Assembly: GCA_951406725.2 (NCBI GenBank)
Contig: OX597837.1
Location: 42,656,001 to 42,720,000 of the forward strand
DNA length: 64,000 nucleotides
Source: Octopus vulgaris
Lineage: Eukaryota
Reading direction: 5' to 3'
In this document: piece by piece, positions 1 to 11,959 of the stretch
Layout: every line of letters begins with the position of its first letter
How positions within the stretch are numbered: the stretch's first letter is position 1
Position numbers and translations under genes: made by a program
The notes under the pieces: model-generated
What the model was told of the DNA's origin: nothing
The model's database searches: none
What the model saw: only the letters and a program-made list of their open reading frames with translations

Positions 1-46
1 GTGCGTATTTGCAAATGCATGAGTATATCTCTCTCTCTCTTTTTTT

Positions 47-430
47 TTTACTTGTTTCAGTCATTTGATTGAGGCCATGCTGGAGCACCGCCTTTAGTCG
101 AGGATTTATTCGTTGTGAGCCTAGTACTTATTCTATCGGTCTCTTTTGCCGAACCGCTAAGTTACAGGGATGTAAACACAGCACCATCGGTCGTCAAGCG
201 ATGTTGGAGGGACAAACACGGACACACAGACACACACATACATATATATATATATACATATACATATATACAACAGGCTTCTTTTCAGTTTCCGTCTACC
301 AAATCCGCTGACAAAGCTTTGGTCAGCTTGAGACTATAGTAAAAGACAGTTGCCCAAGGTGCCACACGGTGGGACTGAATCCGGAATCATGTGGTTGGCA
401 AGCAAGCTACTTCACCACACAGCCACTCCT
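47..430 (-). mobile_element. tRNA-head SINE family A (octopus CORE-type SINE with internal (TA/TG)n)
   Basis: Minus strand begins AGGAGTGGCTGTGTGG..GGATTCAGTCCC (A/B-box-like) and ends ..CTCCAGCATGGCC..AAATGACTGAAACAAGTAAA. More than 20 copies in the window, including ~5196-5560, 11371-11692, 24012-24220, 38658-39095, 41668-42055, 44948-45320 and 55968-56320. Confidence 0.9.
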
Positions 431-639
431 AAGCATGTGTGTTTGTGAGCGAGAGTGTGTGGCCTTGTCTAGACATCACTTGATGGTTGTAAATGAGCAG
501 TTATCATGACACAAACATTTCTAATTTTCAGTAAAAAACATGTCTAGCTATGGGGAAAATATCACCTTGCTTGTAAACAGGTGAAATGCGGTTACACGAA
601 ATTTTGTCTCACCCACGCATGCATGAAAAAAACAGACAT

Positions 640-1960
640 TAAATGATGATGAATCAGGTTATTACTTAGAGCAGAGATAAATGCAAAAGAAAAAAAGGAA
701 GGCAAAAATTATCAATATTTAATAGTCCCAGAGATAATAATATTCTCTATAAGATACTAGATAAATTAGCAAGAGGAAGTTGTAAAAGATGAGAAATATT
801 GAATGCATATAAAGTATCCCAAGCAAAATCTGACATAGAAATATGATATTTAGCCTATATAGAGGTAGGTAGGTAGGTAGGTGTCTCGTGCAACTAAAAA
901 AAAACTAATGTGAAATACCCACTGCAGGGCTATAAAAATATCTCACTCAGAATAACAGAAAACTAATGTAAAAAGCTATAAAATATGAACAGCACAACTG
1001 TTTTCTCTTCAAAGATGCCGACAAATGCGAAACAGAAGCTGAAATAACAGATGATTGCAAAGTAAAGGAGAAATGTCAACAGAAAATATGAACAGGCTAA
1101 AATCTGAAGCAAAAATGTGTTTACAGAAGGCCCATGCTGTAAGTAAAAGCAAGAAAAAAAATCCCCTTACGTGGTCAATAACTGGAAAAAAAAAAAAAAA
1201 ACTGAGCAAAGTAGATACAAAATTGTAATAGGTATGGGTTTGACTGTGTGGTTAAGCAGCTTGCTTTGCAGCCACATGGTTTTCGGTTCGGTCCTGATGC
1301 CTGGCACATTGGGCAAGGGTCAACCACTGTAGCCACAGACTGACCAGTGCATTGTGAGAAAATCTGGACAGAAACTGCAGACGCTTGTTGTATGTGTGTG
1401 TGTGTGTGTGTGTGTGTGCGTTTCTTTGTCTACCACCATTGCTTGACTATTGGTGTTGGTTTGTTTATATCCATGTAACTTAGCAGTTTGGCAAAAATTA
1501 ATGATAAAGTTAGTACCAGACTTTAAAAAAATAAATACTTGAGTTGATTTGTTTGGCTGCAATTCAATGACTGAAACAAATGAAAAGGTATAGGTGCAGA
1601 AGGCTAAAAGCTAGGACAAAAGAATTATTCATAATTGTGACCTAAGATCAAAGCCTAATCACCAGAGACCACCAAATGATATAATGAAGCAGAAAATATA
1701 GAGTAACTGCAAAATAAGTTGGGACAAACAATTAACCAGGCTGTCTTTGGCTGTCCTGTCTCAAGCCAAGAAAGAGTGTATTTACATTATGAAATACCAT
1801 GAAGATATTGTATAAACGTAACCTGTAAAGGTCTCAGAAAATCGTAAAATGACAATACCCTGGAATATGACAATTCACAGAGACAGCTCATGATTAATCA
1901 GCTGAATATTGTCAAAGACAACAGGAAAGGAAGTAGTTTCTAATCAAAGTATAAATCTCA
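640..1960 (+). pseudogene. Decayed R4/Dong-clade non-LTR retrotransposon (post-RT region, Cys motif and start of restriction-like endonuclease), interrupted by a SINE
   Basis: Frameshifted peptides in the expected order: ..AKSDIE..LAYIEVGR, EIPTAGL*KYL, GLKARTKELFIIVT*DQSLITR (cf. GLKAETEGFLIAAQDQ), TINQAVFGCPV.AKKECIY, KVSENRKMTIPWNMTIHRD (cf. ILWD.PIHTD). Confidence 0.7.
1231..1590 (+). mobile_element. SINE family A, diverged copy inserted in the R4-like LINE
   Basis: GACTGTGTGGTTAAGCAGCTTGC..TTGGGCAAG..(TG)n..AATGACTGAAACAA. Confidence 0.85.
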
Positions 1961-1977
1961 ATCGACAATTATATATA

Positions 1978-2543
1978 TTGGGTTGTCCAGAAAGTTTGTG
2001 CCGATTTATAGTAGCTTACCTTTCGACTTATTTTAGAACATGGTTGAGTCCATAAAATAGGATTTGACTACACCTATATTTAGAGCACAGTTTAAGCTAT
2101 CTTTTCGTGGAAGAAGGTTTATGTTCCTATAACCTGTCTTAATTCTGTAACCTTTTAAAATGGAAGATGAGAAAGTTCATTTTCGGCACTTAATGCTTTG
2201 GGAACCAGACAAAAATTGATGCAGCTTGGCTGGGGTGTGTTACCTCACCTTCCATATTCACCAGATATTGCTTCTTCGGATTTCCACTTATTCAGGTCTC
2301 TGCAGAATAGTCTTAATGGTAAAAATTTCAATTCCTTGGATGACGTAAAAAGATACCTTGATGAATTCTTTGCCATGAAACCACCTCAATTCTGGGAAGA
2401 AGGTATTTTCAAGTTAAAGGGAAAATGGAGACGCATTGTGCAACAAAATGGTTCATATTTGGTTGATTAAAAATGTAATGGCAAGTATTTATTGACCTTT
2501 TTCTTTCCTTTAAAAATCGGCACGAACTTTCCGGACAACCCAA
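1978..2543 (+). mobile_element. Internally deleted mariner transposon (mellifera-subfamily-like)
   Basis: TA-flanked TIRs TTGGGTTGTCCAGAAAGTTTGTGCCGATTT / AAATCGGCACGAACTTTCCGGACAACCCAA. N-terminus MEDEKVHFRHLMLWE at 2160 is joined out of frame to the C-terminus ..LPHLPYSPDIASSDFHLFRSLQNSL..WRRIVQQNGSY* (2198-2470). Confidence 0.95.
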
Positions 2544-2620
2544 TATATAATGAATTTATAATAAAGGAGAAAAGATATTTATATCTAGTTTTATTCTTCA
2601 GTTAATTCTTTCAGTTTCTA

Positions 2621-2714
2621 CACCTACACATGTTTCTGCAGCAATTAGCTAATGCACACTGCAAAATCTGCATCTTTATGTGCACTTATTGTTAGTTGCC
2701 ACTTCATCAGGGTG
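2621..2714 (-). ncRNA. Hammerhead ribozyme-like fold (type I, long stem II)
   Basis: CACC-CUGAUGA-A-GUGGC..~65 nt..GCUGC-A-GAAA-CAUGUG-UA-GGUG. Confidence 0.75.
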
Positions 2715-2831
2715 GATTCAACTGCATTGTGATGAATCACTGGTGTTGTCATTGGAACAATGACAACACCACGGGTATTCCAGCTGCACTTGTATTTAAT
2801 TTAGATTCCATCTGAACAATGCATTTGAATC

Positions 2832-2925
2832 CACCCTGATAAAGCGGCAACTAATAACAAGTGCACACAAAGATGCAAATTTTGCAGTGTGCATTAGTTA
2901 ATTACTGCAGAAACGTGCGTAGGTG
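2832..2925 (+). ncRNA. Hammerhead ribozyme-like fold (type I, core mutated to CUGAUAA)
   Basis: CACC-CUGAUAA-A-GCGGC..ACUGC-A-GAAA-CGUGCG-UA-GGUG. Confidence 0.7.
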
Positions 2926-3330
2926 CAGAAATAAAAAGAAGTAATTAACTGCTGAATAAAACTGGATATAAATCTCTATTTGCCTTTATTATAAATTCAT
3001 TATTTTCTCTACGGAAGAAATGCAGTCTCTATAGAAACATATAGATTTACCGATGTGAAGATAGACTGAGGTAAGTAAATCAAACTAACTGGAGTTTTTT
3101 TATACACTCACGGAGGTTAAGCGATATTAATATCTAGTAAAAGTGACTACAGCATCCACTTGGATTCTATATCACTACCAACCAAAATTTAGAAATTTAT
3201 CTTTAATAACATTTGTGTGTGTATATATATGTATAAATGGCGGTGCCCCAGCATGGCCACAGCTCATGAGCTGAAACTGGAAAAATCAAAATCAAAAAAA
3301 TCAATCATAAACGTGTATTACTCTTTTATC

Positions 3331-3741
3331 CTTTTACTTGTTTCAATCATTTGACTGCAGCCATGCTGGAGCACTGCCTTAACGGATTCTATAGTCAAAG
3401 AAATTGACTCCAGGGCTTATTCTTTGTAAGCCTAGTACTTATTTCATCCATCTGTTTTGCTGAACTGCTAAGTTATGGGGACATAAACACACCATCAGTT
3501 GGCACGTAATGGGGGGGGGGAGGACAAGTAGACACAAAAACACACAAAAACACACATAAATACACACACACACACACGACTGGCTTCTTTCAGTTTCTGC
3601 CAACCAAATCCACTCACAATGCTTTGGTCAGCCCAAGGCTATATAGCAAAGGATACTTGCCCAAGGTACCATACAGTGGGACTGAACCTGGAACTATGTG
3701 GTTGGAAAGCAAGCTTCTCACCACACAGCCATGCCTGCACC
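3331..3741 (-). mobile_element. SINE family A
   Basis: TTTTACTTGTTTCAATCATTTGACTGCAGCCATGCTGGAGC..CCACACAGCCATGCCTGCAC. Confidence 0.88.
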
Positions 3742-3763
3742 TATATATAAGTGACCGAGGCAG

Positions 3764-3975
3764 TATTGAGACTGAAAGATATTTATTACCACTTAAATGT
3801 AGATGTTCTATACAGTTACCGTGAGAAAAACTCTCATACTGGTTTTCTGGTACAAAAAGAGTGCATTTTACACCAAAAAGCCAATATGAAAGTTTCTCTC
3901 ATGGTAACAACCACAGTATAGTTTGTTCTAATAAAACATCCATGTTTAAGTGGGGATAAATATTATCTCTCAATA
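3764..3975. mobile_element. Fold-back MITE-like element
   Basis: Outer arms TATTGAGA..ATATTTATTACCACTTAAATGTAGATGTT / AACATCCATGTTTAAGTGGGGATAAATAT..TCTCAATA. Inner arms GTTACCGTGAGAAAAACTCTCATACTGG / CCAATATGAAAGTTTCTCTCATGGTAAC. Confidence 0.7.
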
Positions 3976-4504
3976 TGTGTGTGGGGGCGGGTGAATGACC
4001 AGGTTGCACTTGGTGTGATGAAAATTTTGACACCAAACAATAAATGTTTAAGCAGAGTTAACAGTCTTTGTGTGTTTTTGAGTGACTACTAAGTGTCTTG
4101 CACACTGTAATTGCTTTAGTTTCAACACAGTCTCAGATCAAATTGCTTTGCCAGGTGAATACAGCTCTGAAATATTTAAATATAAAAACATGGAAAATGA
4201 GATAACTACCCTGTGGAGACTGAAAACAGAAACAATTCTTATAAAAACATGCGCTTGGGGAATGATTTAAAAAAGACATGCGAGCAAATACATAAACCCC
4301 AAACCCCCAGACCTTACATGTAAACACAACATGCAGAAAGTAGTACTACGTTTTGCATACATATTGTAAAGAATACTTTCAGTAGAAAAGAGAATCCCAA
4401 ATCCAAACCAAAACATTGAATGTAAACTAAGTACATAAAGTACATTCAGTAGTAAACTAAAAGTAATAATAATGCTTTTGAACAACAACAATTATAATAA
4501 CAAT

Positions 4505-5074
4505 CCTTTCTACTACGGGCACAAAGCCAGAAATTTGGGGGATGGGACCAGTTGATTACGTCAACCCCAGTGTTTCACTGGTTTATCGACCCTGAAAGGA
4601 TGAAAGGCCAAAGTTGACCTTAGTGGAATTTGAACTCAGAGCATAGTGCCGGGCGAAATACCTCTAAGTATTTCACCCAGCGTGCTTATGATTCTGCCAG
4701 CTCGCCACCTTAATAATAATAACAATAACAATAATAATAATCATAATAATAATAATTCGTTCGTTTATTGGCCACAAGGGCTAACGAAAATCAATAAAAA
4801 CAAAGGGACAAAACACAGGACAAAAGTTACAAATGGTTTTGTCCGTTTGAAAAAGTCCGTGTACAAAAGCATAATAAGGATTTCAAATTTTGGAACAAGG
4901 CCATCCATTTCAGGGAACAGAGTAAGTCAATTACAATGACCCCAGTGATCATTGACCCTGAAAGGACGAAAGGAAAAGTCGACCTCGGTGGAATTTGAAC
5001 TCAGTAAGTAAAGACAGATGAAATACCACTAAGCATTTTGCCTGGTGTGGTAATGATTCTGCTAGCTTGCCACC
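4505..5074 (-). mobile_element. Two SINE family B copies separated by (AAT)n
   Basis: Core GACCCTGAAAGGATGAAAGG..GACCTCGGTGGAATTTGAACTCAG, with 5' end GG(T/C)GGCGAGCTGGCAGAA on the minus strand. Other copies at ~14791-14995, 20987-21200, 21232-21456 and 58172-58328. Confidence 0.85.
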
Positions 5075-5974
5075 CTAATGATTTCTTTTATCATTATAAT
5101 AATGGTTTCTTTTATTGTTATAATTGCTAATATTATCATTATTATTACCATTATAAGAAAAAGACGTCTTTCTAATTTTGGTACAAGGCCAGTATGGTAA
5201 GAAGCTTGCTTCCCAGCTACATGGTCTCAGGTTCAGTCCCACTGTGTGGTAGCTAGAGCAAGAGTCTTTCACTACCACCTCAGGCCATCCAAAACCTTGT
5301 GAGTGGATATGGTAGACGGAAACTGAAAGAAGCAGGTCATATATAGATGTGTGCACGCATGTGTGTGTGTGTGTGTATGTCCATGTTTGTCCCCCACTAC
5401 AGTTTGACCACCAGTCCCTATAAATTAGCATTTTGGCTAAAGAGACTAATAGAATAAGTACAAGGCTTAACAAACAGATACTAGGGTCAGTTTGTTTGAC
5501 TAAAGATTCTTCAAGGTGGTGCCCCAGCATGGCCATAGTGTAAAAACTGAAAAGTAAAAAAAAAGGGCCAAAAGAAATGTCACAAAGCAATTGTTTGTCA
5601 ACACTTTAACTGTTCTGTCAAGTTGCTGCTCTTTTAATGATTTGACATTCTGGCACAAGGCCAGCATTTTGAAGGAAGGGGTTTAGTCATTAATACTGAT
5701 CCCAGTAAATGACTGGTACTGCATTGAATCAGTCACAAAAGAATGAAAATCAAAGCCAATCTCAGTGAGATTTGCATTCAGAATGTAAAGAGTCAGAATG
5801 ATTTCTTATCCAGGCATGAGGCTAGAAATTGAAGGAGAGAACAGTCGATTATATCAAAGTAAGTACTTAGCCAATATTTTATTGGGTTTGGAAAAGGATG
5901 AAGGGCAATGTTTACACTGGCAGGATTTAAAGTTTGGACATATAGAACCAGAATAAATAACTCTGCCAATCCTA

Positions 5975-6252
5975 AGAATAAAACTGAAGATTTCTTAGAG
6001 AGCAAGGGTAGGAATCTGTGATGTATATGCTAATGATCCTGATAATCCTAACAAAATTGAAGATTTCTTTGAGAGAAAGGATAGGAATCTGTGATGTATA
6101 TGATAATGATTCTGCTAATTCTTATAAAATTGAAGATTTCTTAGAGAGCAGGAATAGGAATCTGTGATATATATGCTAATGATTCTGCTAATCCTAAGAA
6201 TAAAACTGAAAATTTCTTAGAATGCAGGGATAGGAATCTGTGATGTATATGC
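5975..6252. repeat. Minisatellite, ~72-76-bp unit, about 4 copies
   Basis: Repeated AAA(A/C)TGAAGATTTCTTAGAGAGCA..TAGGAATCTGTGATGTATATGCTAATGAT. Confidence 0.9.
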
Positions 6253-7261
6253 ATCTCTAACACGAAATACATTAGAAATTTTGGAGAACAGATATTGGTT
6301 CCAACTTGGCACGTAACAGCTTACCAAAATTTTCTAGGTTGGCAACAAGTTACTCCACCACCACCACCACCACTGCCCCTTCACTTTATTCGCATTAAAT
6401 GGATGGGAGTAGAAGAGTTAACCAACCATAAAAACAACTGCTTTATCAGGATGCAAATATTCAAATTCGGAAAGAAAAAAAAAAAAAAATTCATCCACCT
6501 GATCAGGCACACACACCATAAACAAATATTTTAATTAAAATTTTTCCATATAGTAAACTGGTTGGTAGCATGCCATTAGTGAAGTCCACTGTGTTGTGAG
6601 CATTCACACCAGGGTTGTGGATAACTCAATAATATTGTATTGCGCAACTTCCTACAGGAGGCGTTCTCTCTCTCTCTCTCTCGCCTCCACCCCTGCTCTC
6701 CGCTTCTTCTGCTAGTCTTTGAGACCCGGTAAAAAAAAAAAAGTTATGAACCACTAACTGTCCTTCCTACTCTGGCTAAGCCATATTATTTCGTTTTTTG
6801 TTTTAAATTAAATGGTTGGAGAAAATACAGTCACTGGTTGGTATTAGAAGCAAAAATATTAAAAAAAAATGGATATAAACATAAAAAGGAAAGACAAATT
6901 CGAATAATGATAAAAAAAACAAAAAAAAGCATGCAATGTTGGCTAAATGCTTTAAATGTCAGACGAGTGACTGCAAAAGTTATGGTTTTCAACTCACTAA
7001 ATATAGGTGAAAACATGGCTGTGTGGTTAAGAAGCTTGCTTTGGAACTACATGGTTTCGGGTTCAGTTCCACTGCACAGCATGCCCAGGCCATTCAATGC
7101 CTTTACAATTAAATTTGTTAGAAAGAAACTGAGTGTAAACTCGTGTGTGTGTGTGTGTGGATGTGGTAGAATGCTTGTAGTGCTTACAGATGTTGGTTTG
7201 AGCTCCATGGGTAGCCTTTGACTTTTTTTTTTTTATTTTAACCCAATATTGGCACAAAGTT

Positions 7262-7480
7262 GAGGTGTGTGATTTAGTGTTTAGGGTGTTGGACTCATGA
7301 CCCTAAGATTGTGGTTTTGATTCCTGGACCAGGCAATGCGCTGTGTTCTTGAGCAAAACACTTCATTTCACATTGCTCCAGTCCACTCAGCTGGCAAGAA
7401 CGAGTAATCCTGTGATGGACTAGCGTCCCATCCAGGTGAGGAATATATACGCCATGAAACTGAGTTGGCAGGACTCAAAA
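7262..7480 (+). mobile_element. tRNA-head SINE family E, diverged
   Basis: Matches the 44237 copy: TTGAGCAAAACACTTCATTTCACATTGCTCCAGTCCACTCAGCTGGCAA. Confidence 0.8.
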
Positions 7481-8259
7481 AGGTAATAAATGGTTGAGAA
7501 ACACTCAGCTAAATCCTTGAAAGTGGTGCACCAGCTTGGGCACAGTTGAATGACTGAAACAAGTAAAAGATAAACAGAAAGAAAAGTAATATGTGATGTT
7601 AGCTAAATGCTTTTAAATGTTGAAATACCGACAACAGAAATTATGGTTTTCAACTCACAAAATAGCACATAAATTTGCTATACTTGCCCATTGAAGCTGA
7701 AAAAGAATTCTTGCTTCATAACTTAGCATTAGGGAGGGCATCAATTTGCAAAACCTGATTCAATAATTCAAGCAAATTATCTCAAAATTTAATATTAAAA
7801 ATAGTAATGAAAAAAGGGAAAAATTTATGCAAAAATATTTAAAAATTCTGTCGGAACAATAAAATTAAATGCTTAGAGAAAAAGTTATAAAAATCTAAAA
7901 TCTTAGTAATGAATAAAATAATTTATAGAATATTGCAAGTATAAAATACAAACTGACTATTGTAATATATACTTAGTAATAATGTTTGGTTTCATAACAA
8001 TTAATGTTTATGTGGAGCTAATTGAATTTTGAAATCTTGTTACATGTAGTGATGACATCAAGATATTTTAAGATTGAATAATTGATAAACATATTAATAG
8101 CTAATATAATCATTAAATATGTCCTGACTGTGTGTGCATATGTGTGTGTGTGTGTATGTGTGTGACTAAATATGAATGTGTGATGATGATGATGAATATA
8201 AATGTACAGACAACAATTTGAATAATAACGCAGATGCTTCGCTTCAATCTCAGAAAAAG

Positions 8260-8740
8260 TATACACATACCAACACACACACACACACACACATACACCC
8301 ACATATATATTCATATACACATACATACACCTATACATATATACACACACATACACACATAAATACACCCATATATATATGTATATATATATATACACAC
8401 ACACATATACCCATATATATATATACACACACCCATATATGTATAGACACACACACCAACACCCAAATATATCTATATATATATATTCATACACACATAC
8501 ACCCATATATATATATACACACACCCATATATATATATATATATATACACACACACCAACACCCAAATATATCTATATATATATATATTCATACACACAT
8601 ACATACACCTATATATATATACACACACCCATATATATATATATATATACACACACACCAACACCCAAATATATATCTATATATATTCATACACAAATAC
8701 ATACACCCATATATATATATATATATATGCACACACACAT
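8260..8740. repeat. Compound (TA)/(CA) microsatellite with higher-order ACACCAACACCCAAATATATCT unit
   Basis: Seen directly. Similar large tracts at 12620-12905, 13375-13790, 18068-18435, 24523-24665 and 50760-51205. Confidence 0.95.
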
Positions 8741-9145
8741 TGCACTACACCATTTTTGGAGGATAATTGGAAATATAAAGCATACCATTTTAATAAACAT
8801 ACAATTTCGTCTTGCTGTGAAAACTGAAGTGATTACACCTTAATTTTCATCTCTCCCTTATTCTGCCTGAAGAGGGGAAGAAAAAATCCTCAGGTGTAAA
8901 CATTGTTTAGCTTTTACAGCAAATTATATGTTTATTAAAATGGGATACTTTATATTTAAAGGTGTGTACGAACGTCTGCATACAGACACATGCATATCAA
9001 CAGATATACACACTCATACTATATATGTGTGGGTGTGTTTATACATACACATATACGCATTCAGACTGTGTGTGTGCATAAATATGAACATACTCACACT
9101 CGTACAAAGCCATGCTTATATATGTTGTGTAATGTATCAATGTGT

Positions 9146-9560
9146 ATCATCATCATCGTTTAACGTCCGCTTTCCATGCTAGCATGGGTTGGATGGTTTA
9201 ACTGGGGTCTAGGAAGCCCGAAGGCTGTACCAGGCCAGTCAGATCTGGCGGTGTTTCTACAGCTGGATGCCCTTCCTAACGCCAACCACTCCGTGAGTGT
9301 AGTGGGTGCTTTTTATGTGCCACTGACACAGGTGCCAGACGAGGCTGGCGAACGGCAACGCTCGGATGGTGTTTGTTACGTGCCACCAGCACGGAGGCCA
9401 GTCGATGCGGTGCTAGCTACGGCCACGTTCGGATGGTTCTCTTATGTGCCACTGGCACTGGTACCACAAACTACAAATTCCATTGATGTGGATCGATTTC
9501 GATTTGATTTGATTCTTCGATTTTGATTTTCACTTGCCTCAACAGGTCTTCACAAGTAGA
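9146..9560 (-). mobile_element. SINE family C (RTE-LINE-type 3' tail ending in (TGA)n)
   Basis: CATCATCGTTTAACGTCCGCTTTCCATGCTAGCATGGGTTGGA.. with internal GTGCC..GGCAC repeats. Other copies at ~10335-10845, 16060-16262, 27844-28025, 43005-43362, 48374-48540 and 61797-61935. Confidence 0.85.
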
Positions 9561-9714
9561 GTTATGTGTGCTTATATAAACACAAGCTTTATATCCACAT
9601 ACCATGCTAGACTGTGTACATATATGCACGTGACTATATAAAAACGTTTCACATTCACTGCTTGCTGAACCTCGTGTGTGCATGCGCACGCTTGGGGGGG
9701 GGTGCGTGCATGCA

Positions 9715-10075
9715 CAAATGTGTGCAATGTCAATAGTAATGAGAGAAGTGATACAAGTGGGCTGAGAGGAAAACCCGGGTATAAGAAGAATTCAGGGTAG
9801 AATGAAAGAGAGATGACTCTGACCAGTGCTGACATGATATGATATACGACAGATGAATGAAATTGTAGGACTTCTAGGTGAAAAGAACACAACAGAAGAG
9901 CAAGATTAAAGAAGACATGGGCAGAAGTGGCGATATCTGACTCCCGGATGTTGAATTTCACCAAGGAGATCGACAAAGGAATGCAACAAATGGTGAGATG
10001 TTGTGATGAAGATGACCTGTCTAATCCATACAGGCACAGGAAATGTGGAGGTAAATATGATATGGATGATGATAC
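9715..10075 (+). pseudogene. Decayed RTE-clade LINE 3' end
   Basis: MCNVNSNERSDTSGLRGK..RARLKKTWAEVAISDSRMLN (cf. GRPRKTW.EVV..DL), followed by a CCAT..GGAAA..GATGATGAT tail similar to that of family C. Confidence 0.7.
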
Positions 10076-11277
10076 GTCTCCTCCTCTTCATCATCATCAT
10101 CATTTTAATGTCCACTTTTTCATGCTTCCATAGGTTATTCAGATCACATTGAAGCCAGATACTATAGCCAGATATTCTTCCTTCTTCAAAGCAAGATGTT
10201 TTTTGTTGTTTTTTTCCCCCATGGCTGGAAACGTTACCATAGAAAATTGGAAATGGAAAAAAAATGTATAAGGATCCTAATGGTGAGGTTCGTTAATAGC
10301 TATTGCATGATACCAAAATTAGGATATATATGTACATCATCATCATCGTTTAACGTCCGTTCTCCATGCTAGCATGGGTTGGACGGTTCGACTGGGGATC
10401 TGGGAAGCCAGAAGGCTGCACCAGGCTCCAGTCTGATCTGGCAGTGTTTCTACAGCTGGATGCCCTTCCTAACACCAACCACTCCGTGAGTGTAGTGGGT
10501 GCTTTTTACATGCCACCGGCACAGGTGCCAGGCAAGGCTGGCAACGGCCACGATCGGATTGGTGCTTTTTACATGCCACCAGCACGGAAGCCAGTCTAGG
10601 CGGCGCTGGCATCAGCCACGTTTGGATGGTGGCTTTTACGTGCCACCGGCATAGGGATCACAACTGCAGTTTCCATTGATTTTTGATGTTGGTGTACTTG
10701 ACTCAATGGATCTCCACAAGCACAGGGTCGAAAAAACGGTGTTTCTTTACTTGCCAACTGCACAGGAGTCAGTCCAGCGGTCCTGGCAACTGCCGGGTGC
10801 CAGCCATAGGACTGGTTCAATTTCGATTCCGATTTCACTTGCCCCATGTGTATGGATATAAAACAGTCTGATTCCACAGAATATAAATGATATCAGGAGT
10901 TGAATGGGTTGAGCTTTACAAGTCCGACAGCTGTTTCTGGGGCTTGGCGATGCGGAATAATGATAGTTAATTGGTTCCATTATCAGATGACACTGCCGCC
11001 AACTTCAGAAGAGAGTTTTACATTTGAAGTGTAAAACTTCCTGTCAACAGCTCAACTGTAAAACTTTTTTTTTTTTTTTATTAGATGTATCTAGTATTCT
11101 GTGTTAATCAATTTGCCTAATTTGCTTGTCATTACATGTACTCTTCTACCTGCTCAAGGTCAAATCTCTTGAGCACTTTGAAGTGTATCATATGAAGAGA
11201 ACACCTGTCTCTAACCTATAAACTATATGTATGTGTGTGTTTGTGTATATATGTGTGTGTGTGTGTGCATATGTATA

Positions 11278-11325
<48 letters not shown>

Positions 11326-11959
11326 AGTGTATGTGTGTGTGTATGTATATATATATATATTCTTTTATTCTTTTACTTGTTTCAGTCATTTGACTGTGGC
11401 CATGCTGGAGCACCGCCTGTCAAACAAATGAACCCCAGGACTTATTCTTTGTAAGCTGAGTACTTATTCTATTGGTCTATTGTGCCGAACCACTAAGTTT
11501 CGAGGACATAAACACACACACACACACACACATATCAGACAGGGTTCTTTTTAAGTATCCATCAACCAAATCCAGTCAAGACTTTGGTTGGCTCGGGGCT
11601 ATAGTAGAAGACACTTGCCCAAGGTGCCCAATACAGTGGGACTCAACATGGAACCATGTGGTTGGGAAACAAGATTCTTACCACACAGCCACTCTGTTCA
11701 TATATATGTGTGTGTGTGAGTGTGTGTGTGTGTGTGTGTGTATGTAATATATCATCATCCTCATTATCATTTAATGTCCGCTTTCCATGCTGGCATGGGT
11801 TGGACGGTTTGACTGGGGAATGGTTGCACCAGGCTCCAATCTGATCTGGCAGAGTTTCTACAGCTGGATGCCCTTCCTATGTAATATACATATATATGTA
11901 GGTATGTACATATATGTATGTATATATATATGCATATATTTATATATTATTTATATAAT

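Larger units (their letters stand above)
2547..3003. mobile_element. Fold-back Penelope-like pLTR element with ~190-bp inverted arms, each carrying a hammerhead fold
   Basis: 2547-2737 is the diverged reverse complement of ~2806-3003. A perfect 13-bp hairpin lies in the spacer at 2742-2770. Confidence 0.8.

Noticed and set aside
1015-1145. Apparent exon bounded by AG..GTAAGT
   Set aside because: It has stops in all frames and is collinear with the decayed R4/Dong LINE.
6315-6440. Minus-strand splice donor G|GTAAGC at ~6323
   Set aside because: All three upstream frames hit stops within ~100 nt, so no coding exon is supportable.
8018-8843. Long ORFs (up to 260 aa) here and at ~13365, 17954, 24392 and 50617
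   Set aside because: They are translations of stop-free (TA)/(CA)/(TG) microsatellites in several frames, with no protein signal.
8862-8925. CTGAAGAGGGG half core
   Set aside because: No downstream GAAA/UH could be placed.
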